DNA of 64,000 nt. Source: an uncultured virus (IMG/VR IMGVR_UViG_3300008339_000033) (Duplodnaviria; Heunggongvirae; Uroviricota; Caudoviricetes). The position numbers and the translations under genes were made by a program. Numbering within the stretch: position 1 is the stretch's first letter; each line of letters starts with the position of its first letter. Under the pieces are notes generated by a model. It had not been told where the DNA came from and did not search any database. It worked only from the letters and a program-made list of their open reading frames with translations. This document shows, one piece after another, positions 56,603 through 64,000 of the stretch. The DNA lies in the IMG/VR virus record IMGVR_UViG_3300008339_000033, one strand, 5' to 3'.

Positions 56603-59347
56603 TTATTTTTTAAGTCCTGCAATTTTTTGCATACGCAAAAATTCTTCAGATTTATTTTCTTTTAAATTATATTTGAAATTTGTTGTACCTGTAGAAGATG
56701 TGGTTCCTGAGGGTTTATTTTGAGGTGTTGTGGATGGGTTTTCTAAATTTTTATCTTTATTATATTCAGTAAATGCATCTCTTATAGCATTTTTTAATTT
56801 ATTTGAATCTTTTTTTAAATTAGGTCCTAAAAAAGGAATTATTTCTCTTAATATTATTTGAATAGCACCTTCAGGTGTTTTTATATAACCAAATAAGGTT
56901 TTTAAATATCCATCTTTTACAATACTATTAACAACATTTTGAGTATCTTTATTATCAATTTCTTGGATTCTATTTCTTAAACCTGTAAAAACAGATTGAA
57001 TTTTTATATTATCTTGTTTTAAATCTTTATCAAGAGTATTAAAAATAGCTAATACTAATTCTTTAAATTCATCTTGAGTATCAATTTTAGACATATAATT
57101 TTTTAAACTTGTCCTTTGGGATATAGTGTCACCTATTTTATTAACAGCTGGTAAAGTTTTATTTTTATCTTGAAGTTTATCAAAATAACTTTTTTTAGTT
57201 TCACCTTTTCCTAAAAATACATAATTTCCTCCAGGTTGAGGATTAAATCCTATATCTTTAAGATCATTTTTTTCTTCATCAGATAATTCATCAGTATTTA
57301 ATATACTTAAAGTATTATCTGCTTCAGAAGCATACATACTACCTAATAAAGCTAATAGTTGAACTTTTTTATTTTTTACATCATCATCTGATACCCCAAA
57401 TTCATTAAATATATCATCAATCAGTGCTTCATTTAAGTAAAGTAATGTTTGATTTTTTATTTCTTGAAGTTTTTGAATTTGAGCTTGTGTGTCTTTACCT
57501 GGACGAGTTGATATTGCTTTGGCTCTAGGTTTTAATGTTACTCCTAAAATTCCTGAATATTTTTTGGTTAAACTATCAGGTGATTTTCTTAGGGTTATAA
57601 TTAATTTAGCTAATTTTTTAGCTTTATCTGATGTTTGATTACCTTTATAATCACCTTTAATAATATTATTTAAAGTAGTATCACTAAGATTAATAATATT
57701 TTTTTCACCTAATTCAGAATAAATATTAAGTTCAGGACTAGTACGAGATAATACAAATCCTATTTGACCATTTCTATTAAATTTAGAAATATTTTCTACA
57801 TCCTGTTTTATTTTACTAGGTTCAGGTGGAGGTATGTCAAGAATAATAGGTTTAGTTTCTTCTTCATCAGATTTAGGTTCATCAGATTTAGGTTTTTCTG
57901 GTTTTGGTTTTTCTCTAGGAGTTAAATCAGGAGCTAAAAATTGATAATAAAGTAATTTTATTGGATCTCCTTGTTCAGAAGTTTCAATATCACTTTTTAT
58001 TTTTTGAAATGAAGATTGGGTTTCTAAATTATCTTGAGCTTTTTGTATTTTTTGATCATCAATACCATCAGTAGTATTAACTTTCTTATATTTTATATTT
58101 ACATCAAAATCTTCACCATATGTTTTTTTAATGAGTTTTTCTATTTTTTCACCAGCCGCTTTAGCTACTTTTTCAGATGAATCTAAACGTTTAGCATTTA
58201 AATCTCCTCCATCACCAGCTACATTACTATCATCTCCTTGATTATGAGATACAGAAGAACCATAATCTATTTCTAAATCAATTTTAGATAATTTTTGACC
58301 TTTATTATCTTTAAATTTATTATTTAAGTCTTCTATTGTTTTTTTAACTAATTCATCTGATGCTTTATTTACATCATCTTCAGATAAATCTCCTTCACCA
58401 GTATCATATGTTTGAGCAGTAGTCGCATTACTATCATCATCTGAAAAATCGATACCTTGAGTATCAACATTATTATTTTCAAGATTTTTTACTACTTGAT
58501 CAGAATCTACAGTAATATCAACATCACCCCCAGAAATTGGTTTAATAACTTCATCAGCATTTTGATCAAAATCTGAATCTTGGGATAAATCTAATACTCC
58601 TTGAATATCTTTATCAGCTAAAGCTCCACTAGGACCATATTCTCCTTCTACTGCTATATCGGCTGCTAAAGCTATAGTAGGAGCTGCTACTCCTTGTAAT
58701 ACAGAGGCCGCAGCTAAAATAGGCATAAAAGTTTTAAAACCTTTAAGTAATCCTGGGAATTTTTTTCTTAGAAATTTTAAAACTCCTCCTTCTTGCGAAT
58801 TGTCTGTGTATTTTTTATTTCTTAATGAAACTATAGTAGGAGGAATTGATGCATCTTCAAGAGAATACCCTGACAATACTGTGTATGCTACTCCTGGTTG
58901 GAGACCTTGTTTCTTTTTTGATTTTTCATCAGCATTGATAAGTATTCCTTCATATTCAGCATCTGGAAGAGAATCTCCATCCCATTTAAATATATCTCCT
59001 GGTTCTAATTGATTTAATTGAGATAATTCAGTAAATGAACCTTTATCTGCTTCTGATAAAGGTTTATTAGGTGTAATAATACTTTGAAAAGCTCTTAAAA
59101 AATCTTTAGAACTTTTAAAAACTTTTAATTTATTTAATTCTTTAAAAACTTCTTTAGGAGAATAACCAGCTTGTTTTATATCATCAAGAACATTTTTTAT
59201 AAATTCTTTAGATTCAGGTTGAAGTTTTTGATAATTTTGTTGAATTTTATTATCTCCAGCAAATTCTAATAATATATCATTAGATTTAAATTCAATTCCT
59301 GCTAATTGTTGCATACGCAGAAATTCACCATTTAAAGACTTCTCCAT
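56603..59347 (-). CDS. large putative internal virion (ejection-type) protein
   Basis: RMQxxAG motif at both ends, one hydrophobic segment, acidic central region; late variant ATATGTATA at 59362-59370. Confidence 0.65.
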   Translation of the reverse strand: MEKSLNGEFLRMQQLAGIEFKSNDILLEFAGDNKIQQNYQKLQPESKEFIKNVLDDIKQAGYSPKEVFKELNKLKVFKSSKDFLRAFQSIITPNKPLSEADKGSFTELSQLNQLEPGDIFKWDGDSLPDAEYEGILINADEKSKKKQGLQPGVAYTVLSGYSLEDASIPPTIVSLRNKKYTDNSQEGGVLKFLRKKFPGLLKGFKTFMPILAAASVLQGVAAPTIALAADIAVEGEYGPSGALADKDIQGVLDLSQDSDFDQNADEVIKPISGGDVDITVDSDQVVKNLENNNVDTQGIDFSDDDSNATTAQTYDTGEGDLSEDDVNKASDELVKKTIEDLNNKFKDNKGQKLSKIDLEIDYGSSVSHNQGDDSNVAGDGGDLNAKRLDSSEKVAKAAGEKIEKLIKKTYGEDFDVNIKYKKVNTTDGIDDQKIQKAQDNLETQSSFQKIKSDIETSEQGDPIKLLYYQFLAPDLTPREKPKPEKPKSDEPKSDEEETKPIILDIPPPEPSKIKQDVENISKFNRNGQIGFVLSRTSPELNIYSELGEKNIINLSDTTLNNIIKGDYKGNQTSDKAKKLAKLIITLRKSPDSLTKKYSGILGVTLKPRAKAISTRPGKDTQAQIQKLQEIKNQTLLYLNEALIDDIFNEFGVSDDDVKNKKVQLLALLGSMYASEADNTLSILNTDELSDEEKNDLKDIGFNPQPGGNYVFLGKGETKKSYFDKLQDKNKTLPAVNKIGDTISQRTSLKNYMSKIDTQDEFKELVLAIFNTLDKDLKQDNIKIQSVFTGLRNRIQEIDNKDTQNVVNSIVKDGYLKTLFGYIKTPEGAIQIILREIIPFLGPNLKKDSNKLKNAIRDAFTEYNKDKNLENPSTTPQNKPSGTTSSTGTTNFKYNLKENKSEEFLRMQKIAGLKK

Positions 59348-59369
59348 TATACTATTTTATTTATACATA

Positions 59370-59843
59370 TTAACAAATCCATAAAGGTTTTTTGTCGGGT
59401 ATTTTTTTCCACCCTAAACCCTTAACAGCTATTTTATCGTTAATATAAAAGTTTCTATATCCTTCAATTACATCTGATTTTCTAAACTCCTCAGGCATAC
59501 ATTGAGGTGGTGGGGTAAAACCATTATCAGGTAAATTAGGTTTATTATATTGTAACCAAACTAATATTTTTTTAGTGGCATGTTCTTTACCATATCGTAA
59601 CTCAAATTCATTACATATTTCTAAGCCATGCTGTACCAACCAATCATAATGTTGTATTGATTCACGTACCCATTTTGTTGAAGGGTGATTAACATGAGCA
59701 CGTTTATATGGGGCAGATGAACCAATTTCCCAATGTGCTGTACAACACATTTGTGCTGATTCAATTTGCATTTTACGAATATGATCGTCTGCTAGTTGTT
59801 GTGCGGCCTTAATAGGGTCAGCATCAATATAAAATATGTTCAT
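59370..59843 (-). CDS. pyrimidine-dimer DNA glycosylase / DenV-like protein (likely start MNIF at 59843)
   Basis: MNIFYID.DP..AAQ...D.H..KM..ESAQM, YKRAHVNHPST.W, PPQCMP, YRNFY. Confidence 0.8.
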   Translation of the reverse strand: MNIFYIDADPIKAAQQLADDHIRKMQIESAQMCCTAHWEIGSSAPYKRAHVNHPSTKWVRESIQHYDWLVQHGLEICNEFELRYGKEHATKKILVWLQYNKPNLPDNGFTPPPQCMPEEFRKSDVIEGYRNFYINDKIAVKGLGWKKIPDKKPLWIC

Positions 59844-59855
59844 ATGTTTTTTTGG

Positions 59856-59887
59856 TAAATATACGAACAAATTTTTTGAATCCCAAA
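59856..59887 (-). promoter_or_regulatory. host-type promoter
   Basis: TTTG-N20-TATATTTA. Confidence 0.75.
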
Positions 59888-59889
59888 TT

Positions 59890-60078
59890 TTAACCCATAG
59901 AATCTTGAATCATTTCAATCTTTGAAACTATAGATTCAAGTTCAGATCTCATTTCTGGGTGTTGTTTCTGTATTGCTCTTATATCTAAAATTAGATCTGA
60001 TAGTTGGTCTAATGGACTTTCTGTTAGTCTTTTTTTAAGAGCCTCTTTAATTAGTTTGGTGATAAGTTGATTTTTCAT
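59890..60078 (-). CDS. small hypothetical protein with KLIKEAL..LTE motif
   Basis: 62 aa; translationally coupled (TAATG). Confidence 0.65.
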   Translation of the reverse strand: MKNQLITKLIKEALKKRLTESPLDQLSDLILDIRAIQKQHPEMRSELESIVSKIEMIQDSMG

Positions 60079-60218
60079 TAGCCTTGTCCTACTGATAATT
60101 TTATATAATTTTTGGAGCTTTTCAAACCAGAACTTCTTTTTTTGGAATGAACTCCTTTTCTTCTAACTTTTGGTTTTTCTATTCTTTTAGGTGTGGATTG
60201 TGTTTTTGCTTTTGCCAT
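60078..60218 (-). CDS. 46 aa highly basic protein (missing from the ORF track)
   Basis: MAKAKTQSTPKRIEKPKVRRKGVHSKKRSSGLKSSKNYIKLSVGQG*; fills the gap, and its stop overlaps the next ATG. Confidence 0.75.
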   Translation of the reverse strand: MAKAKTQSTPKRIEKPKVRRKGVHSKKRSSGLKSSKNYIKLSVGQG

Positions 60219-60219
60219 T

Positions 60220-60486
60220 TTAGTATTCTTCTATTTTTAATTTTAAATTAGTAGTTCCTTTTATAACTCGATGCCATTCTAATGCAGGTATAACTATTTG
60301 ATCTCCAGGATTTAATTGTTTTGGTAAAGAATCTTCTTGTTGATAAGACCAACCTATACCTTCTAAAATTGTTATTTGCCTTGTTTTAAGATCTCTATGC
60401 CACATAAGTTCAATAGGATCTATATTTTCGTCAAATATACGAATTTTAGTATCTTCAGATATTATATTATCTTGGTATGGTTTCAT
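60220..60486 (-). CDS. small cupin-fold protein (likely start MKPY at 60486)
   Basis: WHRD...ILEG.GW...LNPGDQIVIPALEWHRV. Confidence 0.7.
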   Translation of the reverse strand: MKPYQDNIISEDTKIRIFDENIDPIELMWHRDLKTRQITILEGIGWSYQQEDSLPKQLNPGDQIVIPALEWHRVIKGTTNLKLKIEEY

Positions 60487-60893
60487 TTTATAGGACCTCC
60501 AACAACCCAAGCATCACAAGTTCGAGCTGAGGCGCATTTGAATTTAAGCATTCTACAGTATCCTAATTTTCCAGCTTCAATAACATCAAATGGATCTTCT
60601 GTACCTTCATCATCTCCTATCCCTTTAGCAATACAATCTAATGTTTTAGTTGTAACATCAAATGCGGCACAATTACCACATAAAGATTTTTTTGCTTCTT
60701 CTACATTATCCAATTGCCACATTTCTGCTTTTTTAGCCCAAAACTTTTGATTTGGTTCATTTGGATTTAAAGGTCCATAACCATATTCATCAATAGCTTT
60801 TTGTCTATTTTGCAGATTCAATTCTATGTTTTGAGTTGGAGCAGGACATTTATCCAATTCAGCTTCACTTAGTATGTTAATTAGTTTTATCAT
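60483..60893 (-). CDS. Cys-rich protein with N-terminal IKLxxILxE motif
   Basis: CGNC...GYC...CASARTCDAW. Confidence 0.7.
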   Translation of the reverse strand: MIKLINILSEAELDKCPAPTQNIELNLQNRQKAIDEYGYGPLNPNEPNQKFWAKKAEMWQLDNVEEAKKSLCGNCAAFDVTTKTLDCIAKGIGDDEGTEDPFDVIEAGKLGYCRMLKFKCASARTCDAWVVGGPIK

Positions 60894-61660
60894 TTTGTTT
60901 TACCCCATTTTTTACCTTTACCAGGTGTTTTACATTGAGCGGGTGTAGGACGACATGAAGGATATTTAGCACGTTTTTCACCTTTTTGTCTACCACAAGG
61001 TTTACATTTACCATTGCGGCATGTATTACAATCTACCCATCCACCTGTTTTACCAGGAGCACCTTTGCGTTTAAACCAGGTGCGCAGAGTTTCTTTTTGT
61101 GCTTCGGTTAATTCTTCTGTAACTATTTTTTTATAACTATTTTTAATATTATTTATTCTTTTTAGCCATTCTTCTTTATAATTAATACCATTTGGAGCGG
61201 GTTTATCTGTTACAAATTGCTCAATTCTTGGTTCAATATAAATTAAAAAACCTCTTATTATACCTAATATAGATGAGAGCAGTTTTGGGTTGCTGGGAAT
61301 ATTATTGATATTATCTTTAAGAAAATCAAAATAATTTTTACCATTTATTATTGGTTTTCTTAATTGTTGCATCATAAGAGTAAGTTCTTTAGTTGCATTT
61401 TCATCTTTTCCCATTTTAGTAATTTGACTAAAATTAAGAGATATAAGTGTGCTAAAATCTACTAAAAAATCTTTAACCTCAGCAGGAGTAGATGCTTCTT
61501 TTAAATCTTTCCAGATTTTACCTTTACGACACCTAACGATAGCACCTGATTTATAAGCAGAAGGTTTATCAAATTTGCGATCTGCAATACGTTTACAACG
61601 ATCAGCTTTCTTTTTTTCTTCTAAAAGAATTTCATTTAATATATCAATAAGTTTTACCAT
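60890..61660 (-). CDS. modular basic protein with N-terminal VKLIDILNE motif
   Basis: Basic Cys-containing modules at both ends. Confidence 0.7.
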   Translation of the reverse strand: MVKLIDILNEILLEEKKKADRCKRIADRKFDKPSAYKSGAIVRCRKGKIWKDLKEASTPAEVKDFLVDFSTLISLNFSQITKMGKDENATKELTLMMQQLRKPIINGKNYFDFLKDNINNIPSNPKLLSSILGIIRGFLIYIEPRIEQFVTDKPAPNGINYKEEWLKRINNIKNSYKKIVTEELTEAQKETLRTWFKRKGAPGKTGGWVDCNTCRNGKCKPCGRQKGEKRAKYPSCRPTPAQCKTPGKGKKWGKTK

Positions 61661-64000
61661 GATTTCTTTTGAGTAAAGAATTGAGTTAAATCTTTAGAAA
61701 TTGTTTCTTTTAAATCACTTTCAACCATTTTTAAATCATTCATACCATATACTCTTTGGTAAGATCTTTCTACATCAGCATATCCACCTTCAATACTATT
61801 ATTATTTAATGTACTTTTTCCGGATAAGGTTTTAACTATTTTACCTTTATCATCAGATAATACCCATTTAGGATATAAAGTAGATCTTTCTTTATCAACA
61901 GGTAATAATGCATATGTGTTTGAACCATCTTTTATAATAAAAGGTAATCCCCATATTAATGTAGCATATTCTGTATTTTGATCGTATTTTTCAGCTAATG
62001 TCATAATAGCTTTTCTTTCAGAATCGGATAAAGCAGTCCATTGAGAATATAACATTGGTCTAGGATCAATTTGCTGTTCAGGCATATCTGATAAATTTTC
62101 TAACTGTTCATCATCAATGTTAGTATTGGCTTCATATTCCCAAGAATCAAATAATTTAGAATAAATTTCAAATAATTGCTTTAATTTAGGATCTTTAATA
62201 TACTTGGATGCTTCTTTTGGTAAAAAGTCAAGATTTTTAATTTGTTTATTTACATAATCTGAGGTTACTTTTTCACCAAAGTATTTATCTAAATATTCAT
62301 ATGTTAAATATCCATCAAATGTATCAGCATACTTTTGTTTAGCGGCATCATCCAAATATTTTACATAAGGTAATGGAATTGGGTCTGCAGAATAATTAGT
62401 ATGTCTAAATCTGAAAACTGCATATCGTTTTGCTAATGCTTCATTATCCTTTAAGGCAGAATATGAGAATTTTTGTCCACTATCGATAGCAACATTAGCT
62501 AATGTGGTTGATCTACCTTCTAAATTAATTTTATATTTAGGTAAGATAGCTAAAATATCAGGAGTAATTGCATTTTTAGAGGCTTTACCTTGAATATAGA
62601 GAATTTTTTCATCTTGAGTTAATTCTTTAAATTCATCTAAAGTTAAGTTTTTACCCGAAGCAAATTTTCTACCTCTTTCAACTGGTGATAAAGCAATTGG
62701 TTTAAAGTAATCTTTTAAATCTTTAATTTTAGCCCATGTATCAGGAGGTACTATTTTTTCTATACCTTCCCAACCATTAGCACGTATATCACCTCTATTA
62801 TTAGCTCCTGTAACAATATATGTTTTACCATCTGCTGTTACTTGAATTACAAAAGCATGCCATTGATCATCAAAGCTTCCTTTAGGACCAGATGATGGTT
62901 TATTTCTATCAAATACAAAATAGAATGTAGGTGATTGATCACCAAATCTATAATAATCATAATTTGTGTTTCCTATTTGAGTAACACACCACCCGTATTT
63001 TTTCGTACCTTTTTCTACTGGATTGTAAGAAATACATTTATGTACATCATCTCCTTTATAGATTTCTATTCCGTTTTTATCATAGATTTTATCAGCATCT
63101 GTAGATACTGTATTTTCTTCTCCTTCTACTGATTTTCCTGCTGCAGGAAATAATGCATCCATCATTTGTTCAAATGGTTCCCATGTCCAATTTCTAGGGT
63201 CTAGGTATGCATTGTTAATCATTAAACGTTTAGGAACAAATTGATCTATATCTTCTTTTGATATGGTACTTCCTTCTTGTCCAGCAAATTTTAAATCATC
63301 TTTTTTGGTCATGAAGCGAGCTACATAAGATTGAGCTGTATTTCTATCAATTCCTTCTTTTTCAACAAACTTTTTTATTGCTTCTTTTTTAGCTTTTTCT
63401 GGGTTTTCAGGGATTGAGGCAATTAATTTAATCATATCCTCAAATGAGTATTGGTTAATATCTAAGTATTTGTTACTCTTTTTTAATTCATCTGGTAGAA
63501 CAACTATATCTAATTTTTGTGCTAATGAACCTTTAATTTGATCAAAACGTTGAATCAATTGTTTTGCAGCATTTTGATCATATCCTTTTTCATCTTTCCA
63601 ACGATCAAGAGTAGCATTAATTACTTTATCACTATATTCATTTAATTGATCAGGTTCAGCATTATCATTAATTTTTAATGCTTGTAAAATTTGTTCTTTG
63701 GTAGCATTTCCATCAGCAAATATCTTACTGTCATCTATATTTTTTTCATCAGGATCAGGTAATCTTAAAGCTTTTCCTGATTTAAAATACTTACTATAAA
63801 TATATAGTTGACCAGCTTGTGGATTTTCTGTTTGAGTTTGAGCTATTAATATAGGTTCTCCTTTGTAATAAGATAATACAAAAGTAGATCTCATACTTCT
63901 AACATAATCACCATCACCTTTTATCCATCCTACCCAAGTTTCTTTAGGTTCAATTCCTAATTTATTAAAAACACTTAAAACTCTTTGTCTAGTTCTATTA
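61654..64000 (-). CDS. large hypothetical (possible internal virion) protein, 5' end beyond the window
   Basis: Frame stays open from 63894 to the window edge (NRTRQRVLSVF...); contains GWCV...YYRF...FYFVFD. Confidence 0.7.
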   Translation of the reverse strand, partial: NRTRQRVLSVFNKLGIEPKETWVGWIKGDGDYVRSMRSTFVLSYYKGEPILIAQTQTENPQAGQLYIYSKYFKSGKALRLPDPDEKNIDDSKIFADGNATKEQILQALKINDNAEPDQLNEYSDKVINATLDRWKDEKGYDQNAAKQLIQRFDQIKGSLAQKLDIVVLPDELKKSNKYLDINQYSFEDMIKLIASIPENPEKAKKEAIKKFVEKEGIDRNTAQSYVARFMTKKDDLKFAGQEGSTISKEDIDQFVPKRLMINNAYLDPRNWTWEPFEQMMDALFPAAGKSVEGEENTVSTDADKIYDKNGIEIYKGDDVHKCISYNPVEKGTKKYGWCVTQIGNTNYDYYRFGDQSPTFYFVFDRNKPSSGPKGSFDDQWHAFVIQVTADGKTYIVTGANNRGDIRANGWEGIEKIVPPDTWAKIKDLKDYFKPIALSPVERGRKFASGKNLTLDEFKELTQDEKILYIQGKASKNAITPDILAILPKYKINLEGRSTTLANVAIDSGQKFSYSALKDNEALAKRYAVFRFRHTNYSADPIPLPYVKYLDDAAKQKYADTFDGYLTYEYLDKYFGEKVTSDYVNKQIKNLDFLPKEASKYIKDPKLKQLFEIYSKLFDSWEYEANTNIDDEQLENLSDMPEQQIDPRPMLYSQWTALSDSERKAIMTLAEKYDQNTEYATLIWGLPFIIKDGSNTYALLPVDKERSTLYPKWVLSDDKGKIVKTLSGKSTLNNNSIEGGYADVERSYQRVYGMNDLKMVESDLKETISKDLTQFFTQKKSW

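Noticed and set aside
752..63132. Plus-strand ORFs in the track (e.g. 7603, 18361, 26016, 31331, 45030, 53223, 60376) and nested minus-strand ORFs 11675 and 20969
   Set aside because: They are shadows of well-supported genes, with no motifs and no promoter context.
1..64000. Stop-codon reassignment
   Set aside because: Core genes are full length in the standard code, and TAG/TGA act as real stops (nrdA, protease, chaperone).
1..64000. tRNA or rRNA genes
   Set aside because: Intergenic gaps are short, and no cloverleaf or T-loop signature was recognised by eye. tRNAscan was not run.

Overview
This 64 kb window is part of a large, very AT-rich, T4-like myovirus genome, with essentially all real genes on the minus strand. 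The host is probably Bacteroidota: seven promoters match (T/G)TTG-N20-TAnnTT(T/A)n, and start codons are preceded by A-rich stretches without Shine-Dalgarno sites. In transcription order (right to left) the window holds: putative internal head proteins, a DenV-like glycosylase, a GIY-YIG/NUMOD endonuclease, an FAD oxidoreductase, a spanin-like pair, terminase, portal, protease, scaffold and major capsid. Next come an amidinotransferase (arginine-dihydrolase-like) gene paired with a soluble phosphatidylserine-decarboxylase-like gene, then PhoH, neck, fibre, sheath, tube, chaperone, tape measure and baseplate genes. Last are a miniature PolA, SSB, RecA, 5'-3' exonuclease, DnaB-like helicase, NrdB/NrdA, a GT32 glycosyltransferase and a 7-deazaguanine DNA-modification cluster (dpdA-like, queC, queD, queE). 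The best leads are: (1) the two-gene hydrolase/pyruvoyl-decarboxylase unit behind the capsid gene, possibly a new Arg->Orn->putrescine route; (2) a shared RMQxLAG tag and L/I-x-E motifs suggesting a head-packaging and processing system; (3) a +1/-2 frameshift in the tail chaperone; (4) hairpins masking the start of both homing endonucleases; (5) a late promoter that reads as the reverse complement of the T4 consensus. All functional calls come from motif recognition by eye; no database searches were run.
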